Positions 28,508-38,054 of a stretch of 64,000 nucleotides of DNA are shown piece after piece. The stretch is from Microthrixaceae bacterium (GTDB taxonomy: Bacteria > Actinomycetota > Acidimicrobiia > Acidimicrobiales > Poriferisodalaceae), in NCBI GenBank assembly GCA_011523825.1, contig WTFX01000026.1:96834-160833 (forward strand), in the 5' to 3' direction. The stretch's first letter is position 1. The number at the start of each line of letters is the position of its first letter. Made by a program: the position numbers and the translations under genes. The notes beneath the pieces were generated by a model. It was not told the DNA's origin and made no database searches. It saw nothing but the letters and a program-made list of their open reading frames with translations.

Positions 28508-30148
28508 ATGCCCGCTCGCCAGCGCTGGGCTCGATGGTTCCTGTGGCTTGTGCTGGCGTTGGCGATTGCAGTGGGCGCCGGAAGCCGGCTGCTGGACAGT
28601 CTCCCCCCGCCACCGCAGCACGCATCGGTGGCGCCGAGCGTGCTCTATGACCGCTACGGGACTCCGATTGCTGAGATCGGCCCGAGCGTCCCGCATGCGT
28701 CGCTGGGCCTCGAGGACATGGCACCTGCGCTCGTCGATGCCTTGGTCGCGGTGCTGGACCCGAGCTTCCTGGAGCGAGACGGCGTTGATGCCGGGGTGTA
28801 CACCGCGGCGCTGGGCCGACTCTGGGGTGAGCCGGATCCGGCGCGCGATGGGATTATGCGCAGGTATCTCAAGACTGTCCACGATCCTCACGACGGCGCA
28901 GCGAGCGAGGCGCGCCTGCTGCTGGCAGAGCTGCGGCTGGGTCGCCAGCTCAGCCGGCCGGAGATTCTGGAGCGCTTCGCCAACATCGTGTACCTGGGTC
29001 GTGGCGCCTACGGCGTCCATGCCGCGGCCAGCGCCTGGTACGGCATCCCCGCGTCGGATCTCACCGTCACCCAAGCGGCCTACATAGCGTCGCTCGTCGA
29101 CGCTCCCTGGGGCGTCGATGCAGTGTCGGGTCCTGCCGGCGACCGGTACCGGTCATCCCGGGAGAATCGCGACCGGGTGCTGGTGACCATGTACGAGCAC
29201 GGCATGCTCACGTCCGACGAATTGGCGACGGGCCGGTCCCAGCCGGTGCCTGCCGGCGTTCGTCCCGCGGCCGCTCTCGGCGTCGGCACTGCCGGCGGGG
29301 GCACCCCCGACGGCGGAGTCCTCGACGCTGCGGCGGCCGGGTTCGTCCGGATGCTCATCACCGAGGCTGGCCTGACGGCTGCGGTGGGGCAGGCGTATGT
29401 CGAGCTCGTCGGGCGGTACGGCATTCATCGAGTGGTGACCGGCGGGCTGCACGTCACTACCAGCGTCGACGTGCCCGCCCAGCGTGCGGCAGTGCAGGCC
29501 GTTCGCGCCCAGCTCGACAGCGCAGCCGGCCCTGTGGCCGGCGCCGATGTCGCCGTGCTGGACCGCAGCGGTGATCTGCGCGTGCTCGTGAATGCCGCCG
29601 GCGCCACGGCGGCAGGCGCTGTCGACGTCGAAGCCGCGTTGCGGCCGCGACCGCTCGGCGATCTGCTCGGTCCGGCGGCAGATGTCGTGGGGGCGTGGAT
29701 CGCCGGTGACGATGAGACCTTCACCGGCGGCGTTCCGTTCGCCGGTGATGTGACGCAGGTTGCGGAGGCGTTCGGCATCGTCGCCACCGGCGGTGAGCGG
29801 CGCACCTTGCGGATCGTGCTCGAAGCAGGCGACACCCCGCCGAGCCGATCGCTGCCCGACCGCGACACGGATCGATGGCCGATGCAGCGCACACCGGTCA
29901 CCGCAGCGACGTCGATCACCGAACTGCGTGCCGGCATGGACTCGCTCACGCTGCCGTCGGGTGTGCCGGCGCTCGGCCGTGCCGGCGCCTCGGCTGGGAC
30001 CGGTGACGCCTGGTTCGCCGGGTGGACCACGCATTACACCGCCGCGGTGCGGATCACCGCGAGGCCCCCAACGGCCGAGATCGACCTTGCACCGGCGGCG
30101 GGCGAGCTGTTCGTGGCGGTGCTGGATCCTTTGCAGCATCCGCCCTAG
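28508..30148 (+). CDS. Membrane-anchored PBP-type transglycosylase (GT51)-like protein with degenerate catalytic motifs
   Basis: It has an N-terminal TM helix (WFLWLVLALAIAVG). RPEILERFANIVYLGRGAYGVHAAASAWYG matches GT51 motif 4/5. Where motif 1 (EDxxFxxHxG) is expected, the sequence reads LDPSFLERDG. No SxxK transpeptidase motif was seen. Confidence 0.5.
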   Translation: MPARQRWARWFLWLVLALAIAVGAGSRLLDSLPPPPQHASVAPSVLYDRYGTPIAEIGPSVPHASLGLEDMAPALVDALVAVLDPSFLERDGVDAGVYTAALGRLWGEPDPARDGIMRRYLKTVHDPHDGAASEARLLLAELRLGRQLSRPEILERFANIVYLGRGAYGVHAAASAWYGIPASDLTVTQAAYIASLVDAPWGVDAVSGPAGDRYRSSRENRDRVLVTMYEHGMLTSDELATGRSQPVPAGVRPAAALGVGTAGGGTPDGGVLDAAAAGFVRMLITEAGLTAAVGQAYVELVGRYGIHRVVTGGLHVTTSVDVPAQRAAVQAVRAQLDSAAGPVAGADVAVLDRSGDLRVLVNAAGATAAGAVDVEAALRPRPLGDLLGPAADVVGAWIAGDDETFTGGVPFAGDVTQVAEAFGIVATGGERRTLRIVLEAGDTPPSRSLPDRDTDRWPMQRTPVTAATSITELRAGMDSLTLPSGVPALGRAGASAGTGDAWFAGWTTHYTAAVRITARPPTAEIDLAPAAGELFVAVLDPLQHPP

Positions 30149-30376
30149 AGGCTGAGCCGGCAGGCGAAGCGTGAGTAATTCAGGGTGTGATCGGCGAGCG
30201 CCGCGCCTAGCGTTGCGAGCGCACCACGGGCATTTGCGTGCCCGTCCAGCCACAGGCGTCTGCGACGTCTGCAGCGAGCCTGCTCATTGGGGCCGGGTTC
30301 GCAGGGTGGGTGCAAGAACACATCCCTGCCCCGCAAGGGGCCCCGCCCCGGCGGGTCCACAGGAGGTCGCCCCCAA

Positions 30377-30712
30377 TTGCGCGCGTACGAGCTGATGGTC
30401 ATCTGCGATGGTGACCTGGAGAACGCTGAAGCCCGCAAGGCCATGGATGAAGTCCAAGGCCGCATTTCAGAGATCGGCGAGGTGGCCTCGTTCGACTTCT
30501 GGGGTTTACGCGACTTTGCGTACGAGATCAACCACAAGACACGCGGCTACTACTCGGTGATCGAGCTGCGGGCTGAGCCCGGAGCGATGGACCCGGTTGA
30601 GCGGTACCTGCGGATCGCGGACGACGTCGTCCGCCACAAGCTCATCCGACTCCCCGACGACGAAGTGCAGCGACGCGGATTGCTCGACGAGGGGTCGACC
30701 AACAGCCACTAA
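30377..30712 (+). CDS. rpsF: 30S ribosomal protein S6
   Basis: Begins (L)RAYELMVICDGDLE...FDFWGLRDFAYEINHKTRGYY. The TTG at 30377 lies 10 nt after AGGAGG. The track ORF from 30287 is over-extended. Confidence 0.88.
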   Translation: MRAYELMVICDGDLENAEARKAMDEVQGRISEIGEVASFDFWGLRDFAYEINHKTRGYYSVIELRAEPGAMDPVERYLRIADDVVRHKLIRLPDDEVQRRGLLDEGSTNSH

Positions 30713-30723
30713 GCGGAGGCGTC

Positions 30724-31188
30724 ATGGCTGACAACACCATCACCGTGGTGGGCAATCTCACCCGCGATCCTGAACTTCGATTCACCCAGACCGGCCGCGC
30801 CCGGGCAGTGCTCGGCGTAGCCGTGAACCGGCGGTGGATGAACCGCCAGACAAACGACTGGGAGGAGCAAGTCAGCTTCTTCAACGTCGTCTGCTGGGCC
30901 GAACTCGCCGAGAACGTCAGCGAGTCGCTGGCCAAGGGCAACCGCGTGGTCGTCACCGGGCGGCTCGAGCAGCGCAGTTGGGAGACACCAGACGGCGACC
31001 AGCGCAGCGTTGTGGAGATCGTTGCCGACGAGATTGCGCCATCGCTGCGCTGGGCCACTGCCGAGATCACCCGGATCCCGCGGGGCCCGGCCGGCGACGG
31101 TGGCGGATCCCGCGAGCGCCGCAGTGGCGGCACCTGGGAATCCGGCGACAGCGCACCACAACAGTCACCTGAGGAGGAACCGTTCTAA
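30724..31188 (+). CDS. ssb: Single-stranded DNA-binding protein
   Basis: Contains ITVVGNLTRDPELRFTQTGRA...FFNVVCWAELAENV... and the acidic tail EEEPF. Confidence 0.93.
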   Translation: MADNTITVVGNLTRDPELRFTQTGRARAVLGVAVNRRWMNRQTNDWEEQVSFFNVVCWAELAENVSESLAKGNRVVVTGRLEQRSWETPDGDQRSVVEIVADEIAPSLRWATAEITRIPRGPAGDGGGSRERRSGGTWESGDSAPQQSPEEEPF

Positions 31189-31634
31189 TGCCACCACGCA
31201 AGCGAACCGGTCGGGCCCGAGCGAAGGATCTTCGGAGCCGCCCGCGTCGGCGCAAGGTCAGCCCGCTCGCCACATCTGGGGTGTCCTACGTCGACTACAA
31301 GGACGCCGAACTGCTCAGGTCGTTTGTCTCCGAACGAGCCAAGATCCGGGCCCAGCGCGTCTCGGGGAACAATCGCCAGCAGCAGCGCGAAGTGGCCCGA
31401 GCGATCAAGACAGCCCGCGAGATGGCCTTGATCGAATATGCGCGCCGGCCGATGACGCAGCGGCGCGGCGACAAGCGACGCGGCCAGCGGCTGGGCGACG
31501 ACCGCCGACCGCCTGCTGATCGAGCAGGCGGCCCGCCGGGCGACGAGCGGGAACACAGCGATGACGTGGTCGACGAGCATCTCGACGAGGTCGTTGCTCC
31601 AGCGCCTGCTGCGGTGGCGGGGGAGGGGGCATGA
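31188..31634 (+). CDS. rpsR: 30S ribosomal protein S18 with a ~60-aa C-terminal extension
   Basis: Contains VDYKDAELLRSFVSERAKIRAQRVSGNNRQQQREVARAIKTAREMALI. The junction with ssb is TAATG, and the overlap with rplI is ATGA. Confidence 0.88.
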   Translation: MPPRKRTGRARAKDLRSRPRRRKVSPLATSGVSYVDYKDAELLRSFVSERAKIRAQRVSGNNRQQQREVARAIKTAREMALIEYARRPMTQRRGDKRRGQRLGDDRRPPADRAGGPPGDEREHSDDVVDEHLDEVVAPAPAAVAGEGA

Positions 31635-32080
31635 AGGTCGTGCTGCGCAGCGATGTCGACGGCGTCGGCACCGCCGGATCGGTGATCGACGTCGCAGACG
31701 GCTTCGCCCGGAATCACCTGATACCGCGCGGGCTGGCCCTGCGAGCGACAGAGGGCACCGTCAGCCAGGCCGCTGCGATGTCCCGGGCACGCGCTGCTCG
31801 CGATCTGCGCGAGCGCGAAACTGCCGAGCGCGTTGCCACCGAGTTGGTCGCGGACGGCGTCACGATCGCTGCACGGGCGGGTTCGGGTTCGCACCTGTAC
31901 GGATCGGTCACGACAGCGGAGATCGCTGCGGCGGTGACGGCCCGGACCGGAGCTGACGTCGATCGGCGCAAGCTGACGATCGAGGCGCCGATCCGGACCA
32001 TCGGCACGCACGAGGTCTCGGCACAGCTGCACCCTGAGGTGGCATTCACCTTCAACGTCGAGGTCGTCGCGCTGAGCTAG
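31631..32080 (+). CDS. rplI: 50S ribosomal protein L9
   Basis: Begins MKVVLRSDVDGVGTAGSVIDVADGFARNHLIPRGLA.... Confidence 0.9.
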   Translation: MKVVLRSDVDGVGTAGSVIDVADGFARNHLIPRGLALRATEGTVSQAAAMSRARAARDLRERETAERVATELVADGVTIAARAGSGSHLYGSVTTAEIAAAVTARTGADVDRRKLTIEAPIRTIGTHEVSAQLHPEVAFTFNVEVVALS

Positions 32081-32143
32081 CCGGCATTCATGTCACACCC
32101 TGTCTGTGGACTCGAGGTGTGACTACAACGCGAGTCCGGCGCA

Positions 32144-32197
32144 TGTGGACAAGGGACGTCTTGTCCACACGGGGAACCCGAGATTTCCACTGGAAAT
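32144..32197. promoter_or_regulatory. DnaA-box palindromes upstream of dnaB
   Basis: TGTGGACAAG-GGACGT-CTTGTCCACA (32144-32169) has perfect 10-bp arms, each containing the perfect box TTGTCCACA. A second palindrome, ATTTCCA-C-TGGAAAT, lies at 32183-32197. Confidence 0.5.
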
Positions 32198-32240
32198 TCT
32201 CCTATCCATCCCCATGCAGGCCGCGAGAAGGTAAGCGGCA

Positions 32241-33602
32241 ATGAGTCTCGCCGAGCTGCCGACCGATGTCGCGCGCCGAGTCGGCGGTCGGATCCCGCCG
32301 CAGAACATCGACGCCGAGGAATCGGTGCTCGGGGCCATGCTGCTCTCGAACGATGCCATCGGCGCCGCTGTCGAGCGTCTCGCCGTTGATCACTTCTATG
32401 TGCCCGCGAACGGCCTCGTGTTCGAGGCGATCGAGTCGCTCTACGTCTCTTCCGAACCTGTCGACTGCCTGACCGTCGCCGATCAGCTTGAGCGCAGCGG
32501 CAATCTCGCTGCGGCGGGCGGCGCCGAGCGCCTGCTGGCCCTCGAAGCCGCCACGCCCACGCTGGCCCACGTCGACCGTTATGCGCGCATCGTGGAAGAC
32601 ACGGCGTTGCTGCGCCGCTTGATCGCTGTCTCGTCGGAGATCTCGGAGCTGGCGCACAGCCGTCCCGATGACACGGCGGCGGCCATCGACCAGGCGGAGT
32701 CGTTGGTGTTCAGCGTGGCCGAGCGTCGCATTGTCGACTCCACCCAGTCCTTGCACGACTTGTTGGACGAGAGCCTGGACCGGCTGGAGGAGCTGTACGA
32801 ACGGGGCGATGCATTCTCCGGCTTGGCGACCGGCTTCTCCTCGCTCGACCGAATCCTGGCGGGAATCCAGCCGTCGTCGCTGGTCGTCGTGGGTGCTCGG
32901 CCCGCGATGGGCAAGACGTCGCTGGCGCTGACGATGGCCTCCAGCGTGGCCTTGGAATTGCAGCAGCCGGTGCTGCTCTTCTCGCTGGAGATGAACCATG
33001 CCGAGCTGACGGGCCGGCTGCTGGCCTCCGATGCGCGGGTCGATGCCACGCGGGTGCGAACGGGCCAGCTGCGCGCGGACGAGTGGAACCACATCACACG
33101 CAGCGTGGGTCGCTTGGGCGACGCGCCGATGTGGATCGACGACAACCCGAACGTGACCGTCACCGAGATTCGCGCCAAGGCCCGGCGGTTGCGCAGCCGG
33201 CTGGGCGGCTTGGGACTGATCGTGGTCGACTACCTGCAGCTCATGAGCGGTCGCGCGAACGCCGAGAACCGCCAGGTGGAGATCGCGGAGATCTCACGCG
33301 GCCTCAAGATCCTGGCCCGCGAGCTGGAGACGCCGATCGTGGCGCTGTCCCAGTTGAGCCGGAACCTGGAGTCGCGCAGCGACAAGCGGCCCATGCTGTC
33401 GGACCTGCGTGAATCGGGTTCGATCGAGCAGGACGCGGACATCGTGATGTTCATCTATCGCGACGAGATCTACAACGAGGACACTGCCGATCGCGGCATG
33501 GCCGAGATCATCGTCGCGAAGCACCGCAACGGGCCCACCGGCACCGCGCGCTTGGCGTTCATGCCGCAGTACACGCTCTTCGCCGACATGGCCCACGAGT
33601 AA
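32241..33602 (+). CDS. dnaB: Replicative DNA helicase DnaB (no intein)
   Basis: Contains PPQNIDAEESVLGAMLL, the Walker A in VVGARPAMGKTSLAL, IVVDYLQLM and SGSIEQDADIV. Confidence 0.95.
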   Translation: MSLAELPTDVARRVGGRIPPQNIDAEESVLGAMLLSNDAIGAAVERLAVDHFYVPANGLVFEAIESLYVSSEPVDCLTVADQLERSGNLAAAGGAERLLALEAATPTLAHVDRYARIVEDTALLRRLIAVSSEISELAHSRPDDTAAAIDQAESLVFSVAERRIVDSTQSLHDLLDESLDRLEELYERGDAFSGLATGFSSLDRILAGIQPSSLVVVGARPAMGKTSLALTMASSVALELQQPVLLFSLEMNHAELTGRLLASDARVDATRVRTGQLRADEWNHITRSVGRLGDAPMWIDDNPNVTVTEIRAKARRLRSRLGGLGLIVVDYLQLMSGRANAENRQVEIAEISRGLKILARELETPIVALSQLSRNLESRSDKRPMLSDLRESGSIEQDADIVMFIYRDEIYNEDTADRGMAEIIVAKHRNGPTGTARLAFMPQYTLFADMAHE

Positions 33603-33605
33603 CCG

Positions 33606-33869
33606 ATGGTCGAGATTCTCATTGCAGGCTCCGCTGGGATACTGGCCGCCGACGGCGGCACGATGTTCCTCGGCGACGATCTCATCCCGTACCTCGTGTT
33701 GGCAGTGGGCGGCGCGCTGCTGGTGGGCAACCTCGCGGCCATGGTGCGCCCACGGCGTGCCGCCGACGGGGGAGCGCCGGTGCGAGCGCCGGCACGACGT
33801 GCGGTGCCGCTCGCACTCGTGGGACTCGTCGCGGCGATCTGGGCGCTCGCGACGCTGCTGGCGGGGTGA
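33606..33869 (+). CDS. Small hypothetical membrane protein
   Basis: It is 87 aa with three hydrophobic stretches, GC3-rich codons, and a position immediately after dnaB. Confidence 0.4.
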   Translation: MVEILIAGSAGILAADGGTMFLGDDLIPYLVLAVGGALLVGNLAAMVRPRRAADGGAPVRAPARRAVPLALVGLVAAIWALATLLAG

Positions 33870-33873
33870 GGGG

Positions 33874-33944
33874 AGCGGGTGAGGGGAATCGAACCCCCGT
33901 TATCAGCTTGGGAAGCTGAAGTTCTGCCATTGAACTACACCCGC
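33874..33944 (-). tRNA. tRNA-Gly (anticodon CCC)
   Basis: Reverse complement: GCGGGTG TA GTTC AATGGCA GAAC T TCAGC TTCCCAA GCTGA TAAC GGGGG TTCGATT CCCCT CACCCGC T. The cloverleaf is canonical, and CCA is not encoded. Confidence 0.92.
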
Positions 33945-33984
33945 GGAATGAGGCCGGAGCCTATTCAGATGGAAGGGAGTCGAG

Positions 33985-34563
33985 GTGATCCTGTCGGACC
34001 GAAGCATCCGTGAAGCGCTCGAGAAGGGCCGCATCGTTATCGAACCCCTGGGCGATGCAGCCGTGCAGCCCTCGTCGGTGGATCTGCGGTTGGATGCCAC
34101 CTTCCGGGTCTTCCGCAACCACACCCGCCGGGTCATCGACGTCATCGAGGACCAGACCGACCTGACCGAGGAGGTCGAGGTCGCCGCGGGCGACGCGTTC
34201 ATCCTGCACCCGGGCGAGTTCGCGCTGGGCTCCACGCTCGAACGCGTGGCAGTTCCCGACGATCTTGTCGGGCGCATCGAGGGCAAGTCGTCGCTCGGAC
34301 GTCTCGGCCTGCTCATCCATACGACGGCCGGTTTCGTGGATCCCGGCTGGGACGGCTACCTGACGCTCGAGCTGTCCAACGTGGCGAACCTGCCGATCAC
34401 GCTGTACCCGAGCATGAAGATCTGCCAGATCAGCTTCATGGAGATGACCACGCCGGCCGAGCACCCCTACGGCGCGGAACTGCTGGGATCCAAGTACCGG
34501 GGTCAGCGCGGTCCCACACCCAGCCGCTACCACGAGAACTTCCGCTCCCGGCGCATGCTGTGA
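33985..34563 (+). CDS. dcd: dCTP deaminase
   Basis: Contains ILSDRSIREALEKGRIVIEP...VQPSSVDLRL...IEGKSSLGRLGL...GWDGYLTLEL. Confidence 0.92.
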   Translation: MILSDRSIREALEKGRIVIEPLGDAAVQPSSVDLRLDATFRVFRNHTRRVIDVIEDQTDLTEEVEVAAGDAFILHPGEFALGSTLERVAVPDDLVGRIEGKSSLGRLGLLIHTTAGFVDPGWDGYLTLELSNVANLPITLYPSMKICQISFMEMTTPAEHPYGAELLGSKYRGQRGPTPSRYHENFRSRRML

Positions 34564-35840
34564 AGAGCGCTGCGGCCATCGCGCGACCGCTCGGTCTGGT
34601 CGCGGCCGCCGTGCTGGCGGCAGCGTGCTCGAACGGCACCGATGCAGTGACCGATGAGTACAGATCGACCGGCCCGCTGAGCGAGGTGCGAGTGGCGGGT
34701 GATGAGGCCGTGCAGATTCGCTCGATCAGCGCGCTCGGCGGTTCGCCGGACACCGAATCGCCCGTGTATCTCGCGGTCCGCATGGCAGTGGATGACTACG
34801 GCCCGCTGCACGGGCAGTTTGACGTGGAGGTGAGCGCCGGGCTCGACGGTGAATGCTCGGATGCGGGCGGTCGGCGGGCAGCCCGCGCCGTGCTGCGAAC
34901 CGAGGCGGTGGTTGGCGTGATCGGGACACAGTGTTCAGTCGCCGCCATCGCGGCCGCGCCGCTGCTGACCGGGGCGGGCTTGGTGATGATCTCGCCGTCG
35001 AACACCGCGCCCGGGCTGACCTCCGACTTGGCCGGCAACGCAGGCGAGCATCGCCAAGTTGGCTACTACCGCACGGCTCACAACGATCTGCACGTCGGCA
35101 GAGCCGTGGCAGATTTCTTGTTCCTCGAACTGGGCCTTCGCCGGGCGGCGGCAATCCATGACGGCGACCCCTACACCGAAGGGCTTGCGACGGCGTTCGC
35201 CGATGCATTCACCGAGCTCGGTGGCACGGTCACCGCGTCGGTGAGCATTCATCGCCAGGCTGCCAGCCACGCTGCGACCTGGAATTCCGTCGCCGAGGGC
35301 GAACCCGAGGCGGTGCTCATCACGCTGTTCCCGGACGAAGCCAGCGAGGTCCTGCAGCACCGCCCCGCCGACGCCCTTGGCGAAGCTGTGGCGACGGTGA
35401 TCACCTCGGATTTCTTCGGTGATGCGTACTTGGGCGAACCGCGATCCGCTGGCCTGTACCTCGCCGGTCGCGATGCCCGTCACGGTGACGACATCAACGA
35501 GTCCACCGGTCGCGGCGTGGCCGATGTGCTGAACCGCATGACCGCCGACATCGGCGAAGTGTCCGCCGGGTCCTTCTGGCCGCAGGCGTACGACGCCGCG
35601 ACGCTGCTGCTCGATGCGATCGAGAGCACCTCACGCCTCGACGACGGGGTTCTCGTCATCGACCGGATGGCGCTACGAGACCACCTCTCGGCAATCGAGG
35701 GCTACGGCGGCCTCACCGGCATGCTCGCCTGCGACGCCTTCGGCGACTGCGGCGCCGCTCGCATCGCGGTTTACCAGCATCTCGATCCAGCCGACCCCGC
35801 CGCCGCAGCCGGCAACGTCGTCTTCGAATACAGCCGCTGA
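34560..35840 (+). CDS. ABC-type substrate-binding lipoprotein (branched-chain amino acid / LivJ-like family), orphan
   Basis: The signal peptide carries the lipobox LAAAC. It has a type-1 periplasmic binding fold pattern (VIGTQCSVAAIAAAPLL...MISPSNTAP...YYRTAHND). The GTGA overlap with dcd is present. No permease or ATPase gene is adjacent. Confidence 0.7.
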   Translation: MKSAAAIARPLGLVAAAVLAAACSNGTDAVTDEYRSTGPLSEVRVAGDEAVQIRSISALGGSPDTESPVYLAVRMAVDDYGPLHGQFDVEVSAGLDGECSDAGGRRAARAVLRTEAVVGVIGTQCSVAAIAAAPLLTGAGLVMISPSNTAPGLTSDLAGNAGEHRQVGYYRTAHNDLHVGRAVADFLFLELGLRRAAAIHDGDPYTEGLATAFADAFTELGGTVTASVSIHRQAASHAATWNSVAEGEPEAVLITLFPDEASEVLQHRPADALGEAVATVITSDFFGDAYLGEPRSAGLYLAGRDARHGDDINESTGRGVADVLNRMTADIGEVSAGSFWPQAYDAATLLLDAIESTSRLDDGVLVIDRMALRDHLSAIEGYGGLTGMLACDAFGDCGAARIAVYQHLDPADPAAAAGNVVFEYSR

Positions 35841-35876
35841 GAAGCGAACAGCTCAGACTGACTCAGGTGCCGGCGG

Positions 35877-38054
35877 TCAGTCGTCGGCGGCTTCGAGGGC
35901 GTCGATGAGGTGGATGGAGATGTCGGCGACCTTGACCTCGTCGTCCTCCACGCCGTGACCCTTCACGCCGTCGTCGATCATGATGAAGCAGAACGGGCAC
36001 GCCGTGGCAATGCGGTCGGCGCCGGTGTCGAGGAGCTCCCGAGAGCGCTCGTCGTTCACCTTTGTGCCGAGCGTCTCCTCCATCCACATGCGTGCACCGC
36101 CCGCCCCGCAGCACATGCCCTTGGTGCCGTTACGGGGAGCCTCCACGATCTCCACGCCGCCCAGGCTGCCGATCACATTGCGAGGCGCCAGGTACACGTC
36201 GTTGTGGCGGCCCAGGTAGCACGAGTCGTGGTAGACGACCCGCTCGTCCAGCCGCGCTTCTGACAGATCCAGGCGCCCGTCGGCCACGAGCTGTTCGAGG
36301 AACTGCGCGTGGTGAATGACCTCCCAGTTCCCGCCGTACTGCGGGTACTCGTTGCGCAGCGTGTTGAAGCAGTGCGGGCACTGGGTGATGATCTTGCGGA
36401 CGCCCATGCCGTTGAGCGCAGCGATGTTCTCCGCGGCGAGCATCTGGAACAGGTACTCGTTGCCCGAGCGGCGAGCACTGTCGCCCGTGCAGTTCTCGCC
36501 TGGGCCCAGGATGGCGAAGTCGACACCGGCGCGCCGCAGCAGCTTCGCCGTGGCCACCGAGACCCGGCGGTTCTTGTCGTCGAACGATCCCGCGCAGCCC
36601 ACCCAGTAGAGGTACTCGTGGTCGAACGGGTCGTCGGCGTCGACCACGTCGACGTCGAGGCCGTCGGCCCAGTCGGCCCGTTCGCCGTTGTTGAGATTCC
36701 AGGGGTTGGCGTTGTTCTCCATGCCCCGGAACGCGCCGCCCAGCTCGGCGGGAAACTCGCTCTCCATCAAGGTCAGGTAGCGGCGCATGTCGAGGATCTT
36801 GTCGAGGATCTCGATGTTGACCGGGCAATTCTCGTCGCACGCCTTGCAGGTCGTGCATGCCCAGAGTTCTTCATGAGTGATCCGCTCGAACACCGAGTCC
36901 GCCGCCACAGTGATCTCGGCGTCGGTGCCGATCGGCGGCGTCACGCCGCCGTGCTCCCCGGTTGCCGCCATGATCTCGCCGGTCTTCAGCACGATCTCGC
37001 GGGGATCGAGCGGCTTGCCCGTGGCGTGGGCCGGACACACCGCGGTGCAGCGGCCGCACATCGTGCAGGCGTCGGTGTCGAGCAGCTGCTTCCAGGTGAA
37101 CTCGTTCACCACCGACACGCCGATGGTCTCGATGTCGTCGGCCTCCATCAGGTCGGGCACCATCCGCATGGCGCCCTTGGGCCGCTCGCGGTCGCGCAGG
37201 TACATGTTGAGCGGCGAGGTGAACATGTGCCGCAGCATGGTGATGGGCAGCATCACCAGGAAGGCCATGAAGCAACCCACGTGGGCGATCCACCACACCT
37301 GGTGCCAGCCGCGGATGTTGGCAAGACCGTCGAACGCAGCCGACAGCGGGTAGCCGATGAACGACCACTGCTCGTATGCGGGCCGGCCGTCGATGACAAT
37401 GCGCATGGCCTCGGCCACGAAGCCGGTGGCGCCGAGGGCGGCGAGCACGATCAGGATCACCATGTGCTCGGGTCGCGACTTGATCCGAATGCGGTACGGG
37501 CGCGCGGCATACCGGCGCACGATTGCCCACACCGCTCCGACCAGGAAGATCGCCCCCGCCAGATCGCCGACGAAGCTGAAGCCCTGGTAGGTGGGGCCGA
37601 CGAGGAACTTCGCAGCCGTCGGCAGCTGGTGGTTGATCTCGAGCGTGGTGGTGACGGCCAGCAGCACCAGGAAGCCGTAATAGAGCAGCGCGTGCATCAC
37701 GCCTGCGGCCGGGTCGCGCAGCAGCGTCTGCATGAGCACGCCGCCGCGGTAGTCGTGCAGCCGCCGGCGGGCGTTGGAGGCCGTGGTGGAGCGCCGATCG
37801 GGCGCGCCCCGCTGCCAGTTGCGCGTGCGCTGCGCGAAGTTCCATGCCCCGTAGACGATCAGCACGCACGTCAAGGCGTAGAACGCGAACTTGACGCCGC
37901 CAGGAACATTGCCGAACACCTCGCGATGCGCGGCGTCGGTGTCTTCGTGGAAACCGAAAGCGGCCGCCGCAATGCCCGAGGCAGCGGTGATCGCCGCGAA
38001 CGCGATACCGATGCCCAGAACGAGTTGGTGCGGTCGCAGAGGCGGCTTGCTCAC
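35877..38054 (-). CDS. Membrane-anchored HdrD/GlpC/DsrMK-like iron-sulfur oxidoreductase
   Basis: The N-terminal region is polytopic. Two ferredoxin-type motifs are present (CTMCGRCTAVCP and CTTCKACDENCP), followed by two Cys-rich CCG-type domains (…CPHCFNTL…, …DSCYLGR…CCGAGG). Confidence 0.8.
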   Translation of the reverse strand: MSKPPLRPHQLVLGIGIAFAAITAASGIAAAAFGFHEDTDAAHREVFGNVPGGVKFAFYALTCVLIVYGAWNFAQRTRNWQRGAPDRRSTTASNARRRLHDYRGGVLMQTLLRDPAAGVMHALLYYGFLVLLAVTTTLEINHQLPTAAKFLVGPTYQGFSFVGDLAGAIFLVGAVWAIVRRYAARPYRIRIKSRPEHMVILIVLAALGATGFVAEAMRIVIDGRPAYEQWSFIGYPLSAAFDGLANIRGWHQVWWIAHVGCFMAFLVMLPITMLRHMFTSPLNMYLRDRERPKGAMRMVPDLMEADDIETIGVSVVNEFTWKQLLDTDACTMCGRCTAVCPAHATGKPLDPREIVLKTGEIMAATGEHGGVTPPIGTDAEITVAADSVFERITHEELWACTTCKACDENCPVNIEILDKILDMRRYLTLMESEFPAELGGAFRGMENNANPWNLNNGERADWADGLDVDVVDADDPFDHEYLYWVGCAGSFDDKNRRVSVATAKLLRRAGVDFAILGPGENCTGDSARRSGNEYLFQMLAAENIAALNGMGVRKIITQCPHCFNTLRNEYPQYGGNWEVIHHAQFLEQLVADGRLDLSEARLDERVVYHDSCYLGRHNDVYLAPRNVIGSLGGVEIVEAPRNGTKGMCCGAGGARMWMEETLGTKVNDERSRELLDTGADRIATACPFCFIMIDDGVKGHGVEDDEVKVADISIHLIDALEAADD

